Virus record (IMG/VR): IMGVR_UViG_3300045988_112906
From: a virus
Reading direction: 5' to 3' (one strand)
Length of the DNA: 64,000 nt
Positions 17,601 through 26,671 of this stretch are shown here, in pieces (within the stretch, counting starts at the first letter, position 1; every line of letters starts with the position of its first letter). The translations under genes were made by a program, and so were the position numbers. The notes beneath the pieces were generated by a model. It was not told the DNA's origin, did not search any database, and saw only the letters and a list, made by a program, of their open reading frames with translations.

Positions 17601-19580
17601 GAATCAGAGATTAACGAACTGACCTCTGAGGAAAATAAAGAATTGATACCTGCCGCACTCGCATATTTGCGTGGTGACAAGAGCAATATCATAAACGCAA
17701 TATCTTACTTTAAAATTTGGAACGATGTTAGAAATAGACATGAGAATGTTTCCGACAATAGCGGAACAGAAAACGGAACACAGCTGGATGCTGCCGATAC
17801 TACAGGCGGCGAAGGATTGGGACTGGGACGAGGACGAGAAAGCGGAAGACCTGATGGACCAGTGGATAGAGGAACAGGCAACGAAGCTGCACCCGGAGAG
17901 CGAAATGGCGGAGAGAGTAATCAGAACGACACTACTCTATCTGCTGGAGAACAAGGCAATAAGCAAGGTGAAGGAAATTCATCCGGAGTGGGCGCAGTAC
18001 CTGCCGGAGGTTCTGACACCAACGGAGGCGGTTCAGCTAGCGGAAATGGACATGTATCTGGAGGAAGTGGACGTGAAAGCAGCAACAGACCTGCTGACAC
18101 GAATGCAGGACGGAAGCCTACAGCCAAGCAAGGAACTACTTTCCCAGATAGCACAGCAGAACGGCTAAAGCAGGAAAGAGCTGACTATGAGAAGAAGAAG
18201 AAAGACTTCTGGGCTAGATGGAAGAAGGCAGGGCAAGGCTATGCCAAGATTGCCCTGACTCCTTTCAAGAAGCTCAACCTTACACCAGAGCAAATAGAAA
18301 TGCTGCCTGAGTTGGTAAAGATGCACCTTAACGGTGCTGTCTTGAAGATTAAGGAGGGTATCTACAAGTTCAACGAGTGGAAAGCTGCCATGCTTGCCGA
18401 GGAAGGCGAGGAGCTGAAAATGATAGGTCTTAGTGATGATGATATTGACAGATTCATTGAAGACTATTGGAACACTCCTTACGAAATGGATGGTGAGACC
18501 CATACAATCAGGGAGTGGAGCAGCATCTATGGAAACCAGCATCTGAAAAAGAAGCTAAAAGAACCTCTTGAAGAGAAGTACAAGAGACAGATGGAAGCCG
18601 AACCTATCGAAGTGAAGGTGGGCGACATGAAGAACATCGAGGAGACTTTGCCTTATCTCTTGCCTCAGCAGCAGGAAGACGTATTGAAGGCTGAAACTCA
18701 GTTCTTCGGAAAGGAACATACAGACCGTGAACATGCTTACGGTAAGGGCTATCTGTTTACCAATGGAACTGGTACTGGAAAAACATACACAGGTCTTGGC
18801 ATTGCTAAGCGATTGGCTAAGCAGGGCAAAGGCAGAATACTCTTTATTACTCCTAGCCAGAAGAAGGTTTCCGACTGGATAAAGGACGGAAAGAATCTTG
18901 GTCTGGACATTAAGGATCTTGACTCCTGGGCAAAAATGCGTGGAACCACTGCTACTACAGAAAGTGGTGAAGGTATGGTAATTACTACATTTGCAAACTT
19001 TGGTCTGAATAAGAAACTTCTTGAAACAGAGTGGGATGCCGTTATCTATGACGAGTGTCACCGTATCATGGAAAACAAGAAGGGTACTGAAACAGCCAGA
19101 AGTATGCAGCACTACATGGTTACCAATCGTGACGAGAATCATTGTTTCCAGAGATTGCAGAGCATCAACCCTGAGTATCAGAAAATGAATGGTGCTGCCG
19201 AAAAATTCGATGCGTTGCGACTAAAGGAAATCGAACGCATAAAGAAAGAGTACAAGAATAGCCATCCAAGTGCTACAGACAGAGATGTGGATAATGCTAC
19301 ATTAAAGAGCCTTCCTAGAGATTTGAACAGCTTTGCCTCTGCCGACGGAATGACTTTCCCTAAGCTTGGAAAAGCATATCAGGATTTCATCAAGGCAAGG
19401 GAAGCATATAATAAGGTAGAGCCTAAACTGAAAGAGCAGGCAAAGAGTTCGTGGAAACACACAAAAACCATATTCCTCTCCGCTACACCTTTCAATACTA
19501 GAGAGAATCTTGATTATGTTGAGGGCTATATCTTTAAGTATCCGGAAAAGGACGAGAGAGGAATGGGTGGAAGAACCTAG
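11658..19580 (+). CDS. Giant polyvalent protein, part 1 (2640 codons): unknown N-terminal region, ParB-like motif, SF2 helicase motifs I-III. Ends at an in-frame TAG.
   Basis: Gly-rich hydrophobic stretch (about aa 395-560). IQGNNRVDAL at 15930..15953 resembles the ParB/Srx box. GTGTGKT at 18765..18785 is Walker A. DECH at 19050..19061 is motif II. LSATP is motif III. Confidence 0.85.
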   Translation: MADKVTSLYNALKADGLFKQARSLNDFKAKMAYQGYRSQIYKLARDKGANVGTFSQFTNALGYSSGSPKPRQSYGSYHTQQHKPAENKAMTTAQRAMQVAQEYQQTHQPTDYLHRPQNQMGRARRNAPGKASPFVQSLYEIDNAQKGPDYSVDYTSPKATQQVYQQNQQLRRQAAKTAGDHIVNDEYRRQSQPMIDNGTVGVMKPMGEIEQEMSDAADSLVASSGDFIKNSINNEYKQATLNAEKEIRSNDAMGNPFMGSSAGLISTQIANKYESPDKIMASLQNSIKKNIANILPRAREQAIRLGVSEDYYINNMVLPKMVEKAVGDFRETEVARRMPKNDLDYFVQEATSSNYLAKLGMMLLKTKSQRQFDEEALARTNEGMNPNYKPSTALRVGADVVGMVSDPIFGASAKAGGLVAGKLIGNSTKLAALMANGNLAQRLMAKGAQAVTSGGVTGFVFDSTGSVIQNYSTGEDTSLGNTLKVAAKGGATGAVNFATMSLAGIPLSEVGRSVGLTGIKGGSFWGNAGRATAKVGLESGKTYMEAMGMYLGGYVSGKLEGRTDANGKPIEFDLWNGTMESLPTAIGFRLQHAVEGLRGGRKNEKGEDMGWFGSTIANFKDFLTSDKAKESRFLMTEDERNMIFSSGAMNGLMPDGENIVSYAKRTKNKKVSYDDPYLETDASMIKNTYDQIMADSKVSWDAKAKFSAMVTGIMPSARPMMDYITFSNEDYVKDGLLRGKRKYVNEYSANGELLSKIPYDNKEDRDNVVYTHNIKRENLRLYNAMGLLARQDRNNYELQNDFFVENMKKPGADVNTLVTNMGNEGSDVFRDFSLFALNSEKGTVLKTIDSVAVRNGMKSEDLIKAMRKNPMKRTDFEQNVCVELRRALESKAFPYGKVHVEQSNLNGKDVAEDNNLGTEQPNGDAVKQELNGLRQAEEEVEVLMRDNDVFSQNFKKLQSQGLTNPQIYDWMVQQGGLTVEQLEPFAHYINANARVQGMQEATKQKIEETVSAFVQDWSYHGTFNGQPMNGEQALYVQDSNGRTLLVGSGDVTFDQTNGRAKEGVGDMLVCFDPNTKEMVYVKADEVTFFQNQPIDQFAAEYRQRLQIKNSEPYNQAAQEQAMQDAAKPQQEQEAPQDNTTKSEDSTTKSGENGKDDTTSDTTSGKNNTTNEDLVPQEQPQQESEGMKLEDGTPVPFDANGDPDFMKMTPEQGAEVYKMLFEEDAPMQIDSDIKTLEKDLEKVKASKYEGASVMERAAARKKVKEAIALAETQVEKAKAIKTAMEKKPEAENTGVGTAENAGQYEKERKQGYREGEGGVIYHRQKPEDVGGVRGKEVTVAFSPTEKVAGHVKLVELDSVQASHNNGQLNLLHFGPDWQPKDRSSQASRVEAEKIAGNIDPEQITGSNNAFIGSAPSVNERHETIQGNNRVDALKEMYASHPDQAAKYKQWLIDHAAEFGLNAEDIKKMKKPVIVNELPVDDATAKKLGQMMASGFESGGKRIPEVSATINKLGDKMENLANVLLAEGTLGEDAKLSDLINQNSKRALEYLNKNGFIDNTEYENLATDVVTRRQWLENVLKASLFDGNRKTEAAFNRLPGNAQKAVLATFMRDRNSKAEDRIKENIQKSFEAYNELNQIAGFKNAKNIEQARAAIQAELLNGSNNVFGEASIREKYTNFELELAALYKGLKDQKSLTGLFGEFYNAVQGKIGKQLDAFSQENAEPLGKDEAIEKVFGINNKQDYDRRRETESPSESGGEDGAEPAGDRPAEAGEGRVNSEDEDKPNSAGFTPKEIRDHQEKLDRAKEKYVKALKEAKSEKEIKAAEGEFEFAYKDHQNMNGVLDEASVADMWNKELESAKDSVKKDSKEPSADPMEGLKQAADAFHEEQKQKGEFAMNLKIGKARQDYAAAKESGDAERTTTAAKELKHLLDDRLKQEGKGLAERQKIIAEEIGKAEAEIIDKPWEQMDLEEREAVSSKNPLTESEINELTSEENKELIPAALAYLRGDKSNIINAISYFKIWNDVRNRHENVSDNSGTENGTQLDAADTTGGEGLGLGRGRESGRPDGPVDRGTGNEAAPGERNGGESNQNDTTLSAGEQGNKQGEGNSSGVGAVPAGGSDTNGGGSASGNGHVSGGSGRESSNRPADTNAGRKPTAKQGTTFPDSTAERLKQERADYEKKKKDFWARWKKAGQGYAKIALTPFKKLNLTPEQIEMLPELVKMHLNGAVLKIKEGIYKFNEWKAAMLAEEGEELKMIGLSDDDIDRFIEDYWNTPYEMDGETHTIREWSSIYGNQHLKKKLKEPLEEKYKRQMEAEPIEVKVGDMKNIEETLPYLLPQQQEDVLKAETQFFGKEHTDREHAYGKGYLFTNGTGTGKTYTGLGIAKRLAKQGKGRILFITPSQKKVSDWIKDGKNLGLDIKDLDSWAKMRGTTATTESGEGMVITTFANFGLNKKLLETEWDAVIYDECHRIMENKKGTETARSMQHYMVTNRDENHCFQRLQSINPEYQKMNGAAEKFDALRLKEIERIKKEYKNSHPSATDRDVDNATLKSLPRDLNSFASADGMTFPKLGKAYQDFIKAREAYNKVEPKLKEQAKSSWKHTKTIFLSATPFNTRENLDYVEGYIFKYPEKDERGMGGRT

Positions 19581-22500
19581 TTCTACCTTAATCACTTTGG
19601 TGCAGCATACAAGTTCCGCTACCATCGTCTGGAGCAGAGTATCAGTAACCCGGATGCCGTAGCCAAGCAGGAGGTTGCCTTCTCTGATTACTTGCAGAAC
19701 ACACTTGGCACGATGAGCGGAAGAATTATTGATAGTCCTTACGACTATTCTAGAGACTTTCCTACCGTGGCTCCTGATCATGCCGAGAGTTTCAATAATG
19801 CGGTGCAGGACACATTGAAGACAAAGTATCTGCATGATGCGTACAGCAAGACCATCGGTGATTACAACTATGGTAGTGCCCTTTTCGAGACTATGAAAGT
19901 GTCTGCTGCCATTGACAGAATCAAACAGCACTTGGATATGGGCAGAAAGGTTGTTATCTTCCATCGCCGTGTTGAGAGCAAGGAACCTTTGGAGGCTCCA
20001 TTTGCTTACATGCTTAGAGTTGCCAACGAGCAGATCAAGATGATGAAACCAGGCAAGGAGCGTGACGAATACATCAAGGAATGCACCGAGTTCCGAAACA
20101 AGTATGCAGACCTTCTGGAATGGGAGAAGACTCTTGACTACAGTATGCCAAGAGAACAGATTGCCAAGGTGTTTGGCGAGAAGAATGTGTTGTTCTTCAG
20201 CGGAAAGGAAAGCAAGAAGGTGAAGGATAAGGCGGTTGATACATTTAATGATGATGATAGCGGCAAGAATATCATCGTGATTCAGGAAGCTTCAGGAAAG
20301 GAAGGAATCTCACTTCATGATACCACAAGCAAGCACCAGCGTGTCTGCATCACTCTCGCATTGCCTCAGAGTCCTATCACAGCCTTGCAGATTGAAGGTC
20401 GCATTTACCGTATCGGTAATATGAGCAATGCCATCTTTGAGTACCCTATCTTGGGTCTCAACTCTGAAATGATGCTTTTTGGAGAAAAGTTCAATAATCA
20501 GGTAAGTACTACCGAGAACCTTGCATTGGGCAGTCAGGCAAGAAACTTGCGTGACAGTTTCGCTAATGGTATCTTGGAACATAGCGGTATTGTACCGGTA
20601 GAGAACCAGGGTGTAGGCGGAAAGGAGTTTGACGCAGCAACACCAAGTGAGAATGACCCATTCGATAATGCGGTGCTTGATTATTACAGCAATCAGAAAC
20701 TTAATAAGAACAATCGTGAAGGTAGCGACTACTTCCCTACTCCTGAACCTCTTGGCTACAAGATGGTAGAATGGGCTGGCTTGGGTGAAGGTGACTCTGT
20801 ATTGGAGCCTAGTGCCGGTCATGGAGCCATCGCAAGATACGTGCCTAAGACTAACGAAATGGTAAGCATCGAACCTAGTCAAAGTCTCTTCACGAAGTTG
20901 CAGTTGAAGGCTGGCGGTTTGGGTAGAAAGTTCTTAAACAATACGTTTGAGAACTATGCGCTGAACAACAAGCACGATGTAATTGTAATGAATCCTCCTT
21001 TCGGCAAGGCTGGTGCATTGGCTATCCAGCATGTTGACAAGGCTTTCAAGCACTTGGATGAAGGAGGTCGTATCGTAGCAATCATACCTAGAGGCTCAAC
21101 AGACAAGAAGTTTGACAAGTGGTATAACGAGCAGAAGAACGTTGCCATGCGTGCTGAGGTAAATCTGCCTGATATCCTTTTCCAGCAGGCAGGAACCAGA
21201 GTTGCATGCCGAGTAGTTGTATTGGATAAGATTTCCGATGCTGCTTTGAGAAGCAAGGCAGGTTATCCTGAAAAGATTGATCTGAGCGGTCATTACGATA
21301 AGATTGAAGATTTCTTCAATGACCTCCGAGATATTGAAATGCCTGAGCGCATCATTGATACGAATCTCAAAATGCAGAAGAAAGCCAAGGCTGCTGTCAA
21401 GGATATTATGGAAATCAAGGGCGTGAAAAACGTTTCTTATGGTAAGACTGGTATTGATGTTTCTTTGACTGGTTCTTGGATGAACTACGGAATATCTTTC
21501 ACTGGTAGTGACAAACCGAACTACTGGAGAGATAAGATGGCTAACTATTATACCAAATATGATGAGCTTCAAAAGCTGGAGTATCAGGAAAACAAGCAGT
21601 CGGTGTTTGATGAGTTGAAGAAACTGTCTTGCAAGCTTGCCGGTATGACAGAGGATGAAATGCAGAGATATATCGCATCAAAGACCAACGGCAGCACCCA
21701 CTTCCGTATGGAACTAGGCAAGACATTCTCAGACTCCAAGGAGAACTTTGATGGAGTAAGAGACAGAGCAGTAGAGGAAAAAGGCATTGTCATGCCTAAC
21801 CTGAATAAGGAAAGCGTTAATGTTGTGCCGGTGGAAAAACATAGCTTTGGAGTTACCGAGAATGAGATATTGACAAATGCAAAGGCATGGGCGAAAGATA
21901 ATCTTGTAACTACAGGAAAATCGGAATTGCCTACAATGCGTGATGGAACGCCTTATACTATTAGTAAAAAGGCTGTTGAAAAATACTTGTCTGAGAGTGC
22001 TGTAAAGAAGAGCGATGGTCTTGATATTCATCTTTCCGTTCTTCCAAAGCTTACAGATGTTATTCATGAAAGCATTGAAGCTGAGATTCATCCAGACTAC
22101 AATAAGGACGAAGACGGAAATCGCAGCATCGAAAATGGGCACGGTGACAATATTTTGGTCCATCGTTTGTATGGTGCTGTACAATTGGACGGTAAGACGT
22201 ACCGAGTAAAAACAACCATGCAAGAGTTCAGAGGTGGTGAAGAAAACAAGCCTCATAGTTATGAGGTAACAAAAATAGAGTTGCTGGAAGGCTCCAAGAC
22301 AGCGAACGAATCCGACAGTCTCCCTTTGAGCAGTGCAACCAACAACTCTGAAAATGAGTTACTTGGCTCCCCTGGAGAGCGAGAGAATCCCGACAAACCA
22401 CATTCGGATGCACCAAGCAACTCTATTTCTGTTGCAAAGTTACTAAATGGAGTTGAGAAATCATACGATTCTGGGAAGAAATTGCTTGAAGAAAGCAAAA

Positions 22501-25500
22501 ATTTAACAGATGAAGATACTTATTTTAGAAATGATAACGATTCACCCGTATCAATTTCTAAGGATGCTCCTGTTGTAGTAAAGCATGTGGCGAAGGTTGC
22601 AAAGGCTACTGGCGGCAAGGTGAAGATGTTGCAAAGTGTCGAAGAAGTTACCAATGCCGAGGCTAAGACAAGACTTGAAAAGGGTGAAAAGGTAGAAGGA
22701 TGGTACGATGAACGCACAGGTGAAGTTGTGCTGTATATGCCAAACGTACATGACAGCTACACAGCTGAGAAAACGGTATGGCATGAAATCGTAGGTCATA
22801 AAGGCATGCGTGAACTGTTCGGTAACGACAACTACGACAAATTCCTTGATGATATTTACTTCAATCTTGATAAGCCGGAATACGCCGATCTTAAAAAGCT
22901 CGTCATGAAGGAACTACAGTACAATCCATTCGATTACAGAAATGCCATCGAAGAGGCTATTGCTAGAATGGCGGAAGAGGGACATGGCGAGCATGGTCTT
23001 TGGAATAACCTGAAAAACAAGGTAGCAAATATCTTTAGAGAAATCGGCTACCGTGTGGCGCCGAACACAAAGGACATTAAGTATCTCTTATGGCTCGCCA
23101 AGAATTACTCCAAGCATCCTGAGAGTGATGGTTACTTTGCTATCAGAAGAAATGCCTTGCTGCATAAGTTAGAGAAAGATAATACGCCTAGCATCGTGGA
23201 TAGAAACGGAATGTACTTTGATAATGATGGAAAGAACCATGATTATCTGCTAGACTTGAACCATAAGGACTTCGAGGAGGCTACCGATGGAAAAGTGCAT
23301 TTCCGCACCTCCCCTATGACTGCATCTAAGATTGAGGAGTATAACCGCAGACTCGGAACAAAACTCTATGCTTTCAAGGAAAGTTCCGTTGATAATATGC
23401 AGTCTTTGCAAGAGGCTATGGAAATAATCTCTGGTGAAAAGAATGCGTGGACGGATATTCCTTCTGCCTTCAATCCATTGCAGGCGCAGAACCGCATTGA
23501 TAGTATCGTACAGCAAAAGGCAGAAGAGTATGACGATAAATACACGAAGCCTCTTGATGATTCTTTCAAGAAAGTTGTATCTACCATGAGCGGTAGCGAT
23601 AAGGATGAGCAGTTGAGAAACGCACAGATCTATATGATTACCAAGCATGGTTTGGAGCGTAACCGTGTATTCTTTGTTCGTGACGCAATTCGGGATATGA
23701 TGAATGGCGATGTTACGAAAGCAAAGACATTGATGAAGGACTGGAACGACAAGCAGAAGGATTTGGCTGACGAACTAGAGAAAGGCAACATCAGATTTGA
23801 TGAGTACCTGGAGCAAATGGACGAATGGATTCGTAGCAACGTGGACGTTAACTTTGTTGCTGACGAACACGATTATTCTGGATTCCATGGTATGCAAAAT
23901 ATAGCCAAGACCTCTGATCCATACGACGACAAGCTTGCCATTGACAACGTGATGAGTGCAGAAAGCCAGATGGGTAGCGATTTGGCAAAAGACTTCTGGA
24001 TAAAGAAGAAGGCTGCAACAGATTACGTTATCGACCAAGAATACTACAACGGCTTTATTGATCAATCTGATAGAGATTATCTAAAGGGAATGTTCCAATG
24101 GTATGTGCCTCTTAGAAAGTTTGATGATACAACCGCAGAAGATGTGTATGGTTATATCGGAGAAAAGGGAGATCCTTCCAACTTTGTTGGTCCTGTATTG
24201 GCAAATGCAAAGGGAAGAAGCAGTCTGAGCGACATTAATGTTATGGCTCAAATATCCGCCATGGCAAAGTCTTCGCTTATCAATGGTGGAAAGAATGTAG
24301 TAAAGCAGTACTTTGCCAGATTTGTTTCTGCCTATGAAACTGGTAATACAAAAGATAAAATCTTTGTTGAAGTGAATCCTTGGCTAGAGAAGCACGTGGT
24401 AGATGGTAAAGAAGTTTGGGAAGAGGTTACACCTCAAATTCCGGAGAACGCCACACAGCAGCAAATAAGCGATATACTGCAAAACTTTGAGGACAGCATG
24501 CAGGCGAAGAAAGCAACTGGTGATGCAAAGCTTTCACACAGAAAGCCTAACATTGGCTTTAAATTCCAGCGTGCCAAGGATAAGTCTGAACATATCATTG
24601 ATGTGTATATCGCAGGAAGGAAAAGAAGCTTTGTCTGTCAGGGTAACCCAAGAGCAGCCCAAGCACTCAATGGTCTTTTGAAAGATTCAGGAACCAGAAA
24701 TGCGGTAACGCAATTTGATGCGAAGGTTACGAGAAAAATTGCCCAATTCAATACATCGCTGAATCCAGACTTTATGATGTCTAATATGTTGCGTGACTTA
24801 ACTTTTGCATCAGCCAATGTTACCAAGGAAGGATTTAGCTACACCAAGGACTTCTTGAAAGAATATGCAGGAAACATGATTTCTATCAAGAACGGAAAAG
24901 GTAGTGGAAACTATCTTACTATGTTCCGCAAGTATAGAGACGGTAAGCTTGATACAAATAATGAACGAGAAAGAATGTTCAAAGAGTTTATGGACAATGG
25001 CGGTCAGACTGGTTTTGTTCAAATCAAGAAACTGGAAAGCCTGATTGAGGAATATGATAACCTGATCAAGAAAGGAAGTAAGGATGCAGACGGATGGTTT
25101 GTCAAGAAAATCAAGGAAGGTGGAACCTTTATTGAGACTGCCAACGAGATTATTGAAAACGTAGCTCGCTACTCTACTTACTGTACTTCACGAAAGCACG
25201 GAAGAAGCGTAGGACGAAGTATCTATGATGCCAAGGAGGTTTCAACAAACTTCAACCGGCACGGTTCTGGAGATGCCATCAAGACCTTGAAAACTTCAAA
25301 TGATAGCAATATTGATAAGAAATTCCGTGGTACTCTCGGTTTCTTCAATAGCTGGATGAAGAATCATACGCAGTTCTATAACGCCGGCGTGCAAGGTGCA
25401 AATCTGTTTTTCAAGAACTATAAGAGTGCATGGAAGACTTCTGCCGTTTCATTCGGTATGTTACCTTTAGGACTCGGTATTGCTCAGGCGTTAATCAATC

Positions 25501-26600
25501 AATACCTGATTAATAATGAGGACGAGAAGGACAGAAAGGGCGTGAAGGATCCATACGCAGAGTTACCAGAATGGAAACGCAGAAATAATATCTGTATCTA
25601 TACTGGGCACGGAAACTTTAAGACTATTCCTATTGCCATCGAGTTAAGAGCGTTCTTCGGGTTGGGCGATATTGCGGCTGGCTATGTTGTGAATGATAAG
25701 TTGAAGAGTAGTACGCCTATCGGTTATGATATTTTGGGACAGATGGCACAATTAGTACCAGCCTCTGATTTCCTTGGACACCATTCGCCAAGCAACAACA
25801 TTAAGGAACTTGGAGAGGATGCAATACTTGCAGTAACTCCAACAACCATATCTCCTGCTATGGAACTTGCCTTCAATCGAGACTGGACAGGCAGACCTTT
25901 CTATCGTGATTATGACTATCTTGATAAGGCTCCAAGATGGAAGAGGGCATACGATAACACCAATAGTATTTATATGAGTATTAATAAATGGGCTAACCAA
26001 GGCACAAATGGTATTGATAGTTCTAATGCAGACATGAAGGGAAATGAAACTCTTGATTATCTTACTGCACCTTACGCTTGGCAACATTTGATAGATAGTT
26101 ACACCGGTGGCATGGGTTCAACTATTGGCAGAACTTACAAAACGTTAGAAGCTGTTGGTAAGGGCGTTGTATCTGGAGCAAAGAACAAAGAAGGATTCAG
26201 CAAGGGCTTCTCTGATGAATTTGAAAAGTTTGATAAAAATCAAATCCCTCTTTACAGGGTGTTTAACTATACTCCTAAAGAGGGGCAAGACATGCAGCGA
26301 ACTAGATCGAAATGGTATAACTATTCCGACGAGTTGAAGCAGACGGAATATAATATTAAGCAGTTGAAGACTAACACGCCTGATGTTTTGAAGAACATGG
26401 AGAACAATGCCAAGAAGTTCAACTTTACTCATAGCAAAGAAGGAAAGGCGTATAATATATGGAATGCAGCAGATAATTATATCCAGAAGAAGAAAAAAAT
26501 CTTAAAAAGAGTATCTGATCCGGAAGTAATCAAGTCAATTAACGAAGACATCAATCGAAAGATGCAAGAAGCGGTGAATGATTTGGATAAGCTAAATTAA
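19581..26600 (+). CDS. Giant polyvalent protein, part 2 (same frame, directly after the TAG): helicase C-lobe, N6-adenine DNA methyltransferase, HExxH metallopeptidase, long C-terminal region with TM-like segments
   Basis: The frame is open from 19581; the first ATG is only at 19713. QIEGRIYRIGN at 20388..20420 is helicase motif VI. VLEPSAGHGAI at 20799..20831 is the SAM motif. NPPF is at 20991..21002. HEIVGH is at 22782..22799. Confidence 0.8.
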   Translation, partial: FYLNHFGAAYKFRYHRLEQSISNPDAVAKQEVAFSDYLQNTLGTMSGRIIDSPYDYSRDFPTVAPDHAESFNNAVQDTLKTKYLHDAYSKTIGDYNYGSALFETMKVSAAIDRIKQHLDMGRKVVIFHRRVESKEPLEAPFAYMLRVANEQIKMMKPGKERDEYIKECTEFRNKYADLLEWEKTLDYSMPREQIAKVFGEKNVLFFSGKESKKVKDKAVDTFNDDDSGKNIIVIQEASGKEGISLHDTTSKHQRVCITLALPQSPITALQIEGRIYRIGNMSNAIFEYPILGLNSEMMLFGEKFNNQVSTTENLALGSQARNLRDSFANGILEHSGIVPVENQGVGGKEFDAATPSENDPFDNAVLDYYSNQKLNKNNREGSDYFPTPEPLGYKMVEWAGLGEGDSVLEPSAGHGAIARYVPKTNEMVSIEPSQSLFTKLQLKAGGLGRKFLNNTFENYALNNKHDVIVMNPPFGKAGALAIQHVDKAFKHLDEGGRIVAIIPRGSTDKKFDKWYNEQKNVAMRAEVNLPDILFQQAGTRVACRVVVLDKISDAALRSKAGYPEKIDLSGHYDKIEDFFNDLRDIEMPERIIDTNLKMQKKAKAAVKDIMEIKGVKNVSYGKTGIDVSLTGSWMNYGISFTGSDKPNYWRDKMANYYTKYDELQKLEYQENKQSVFDELKKLSCKLAGMTEDEMQRYIASKTNGSTHFRMELGKTFSDSKENFDGVRDRAVEEKGIVMPNLNKESVNVVPVEKHSFGVTENEILTNAKAWAKDNLVTTGKSELPTMRDGTPYTISKKAVEKYLSESAVKKSDGLDIHLSVLPKLTDVIHESIEAEIHPDYNKDEDGNRSIENGHGDNILVHRLYGAVQLDGKTYRVKTTMQEFRGGEENKPHSYEVTKIELLEGSKTANESDSLPLSSATNNSENELLGSPGERENPDKPHSDAPSNSISVAKLLNGVEKSYDSGKKLLEESKNLTDEDTYFRNDNDSPVSISKDAPVVVKHVAKVAKATGGKVKMLQSVEEVTNAEAKTRLEKGEKVEGWYDERTGEVVLYMPNVHDSYTAEKTVWHEIVGHKGMRELFGNDNYDKFLDDIYFNLDKPEYADLKKLVMKELQYNPFDYRNAIEEAIARMAEEGHGEHGLWNNLKNKVANIFREIGYRVAPNTKDIKYLLWLAKNYSKHPESDGYFAIRRNALLHKLEKDNTPSIVDRNGMYFDNDGKNHDYLLDLNHKDFEEATDGKVHFRTSPMTASKIEEYNRRLGTKLYAFKESSVDNMQSLQEAMEIISGEKNAWTDIPSAFNPLQAQNRIDSIVQQKAEEYDDKYTKPLDDSFKKVVSTMSGSDKDEQLRNAQIYMITKHGLERNRVFFVRDAIRDMMNGDVTKAKTLMKDWNDKQKDLADELEKGNIRFDEYLEQMDEWIRSNVDVNFVADEHDYSGFHGMQNIAKTSDPYDDKLAIDNVMSAESQMGSDLAKDFWIKKKAATDYVIDQEYYNGFIDQSDRDYLKGMFQWYVPLRKFDDTTAEDVYGYIGEKGDPSNFVGPVLANAKGRSSLSDINVMAQISAMAKSSLINGGKNVVKQYFARFVSAYETGNTKDKIFVEVNPWLEKHVVDGKEVWEEVTPQIPENATQQQISDILQNFEDSMQAKKATGDAKLSHRKPNIGFKFQRAKDKSEHIIDVYIAGRKRSFVCQGNPRAAQALNGLLKDSGTRNAVTQFDAKVTRKIAQFNTSLNPDFMMSNMLRDLTFASANVTKEGFSYTKDFLKEYAGNMISIKNGKGSGNYLTMFRKYRDGKLDTNNERERMFKEFMDNGGQTGFVQIKKLESLIEEYDNLIKKGSKDADGWFVKKIKEGGTFIETANEIIENVARYSTYCTSRKHGRSVGRSIYDAKEVSTNFNRHGSGDAIKTLKTSNDSNIDKKFRGTLGFFNSWMKNHTQFYNAGVQGANLFFKNYKSAWKTSAVSFGMLPLGLGIAQALINQYLINNEDEKDRKGVKDPYAELPEWKRRNNICIYTGHGNFKTIPIAIELRAFFGLGDIAAGYVVNDKLKSSTPIGYDILGQMAQLVPASDFLGHHSPSNNIKELGEDAILAVTPTTISPAMELAFNRDWTGRPFYRDYDYLDKAPRWKRAYDNTNSIYMSINKWANQGTNGIDSSNADMKGNETLDYLTAPYAWQHLIDSYTGGMGSTIGRTYKTLEAVGKGVVSGAKNKEGFSKGFSDEFEKFDKNQIPLYRVFNYTPKEGQDMQRTRSKWYNYSDELKQTEYNIKQLKTNTPDVLKNMENNAKKFNFTHSKEGKAYNIWNAADNYIQKKKKILKRVSDPEVIKSINEDINRKMQEAVNDLDKLN

Positions 26601-26607
26601 AAGTAAA

Positions 26608-26630
26608 GGAGCGGGCATTAAGCTCGCTCC
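26608..26630 (+). terminator. Hairpin after the giant gene
   Basis: GGAGCGGGC-attaa-GCTCGCTCC; weak T tract downstream. Confidence 0.4.
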
Positions 26631-26671
26631 TATCATTATACTATAACGAAACTTCCCATTGTAGTGATATA

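Noticed and set aside
11658-26600. Dozens of 60-200-aa ORFs on both strands inside the giant gene (for example 17725..18168, 15174..15770, 20310..20882)
   Set aside because: All are nested in a continuous 4,980-codon frame that carries ordered enzymatic motifs. They are treated as frame shadows.
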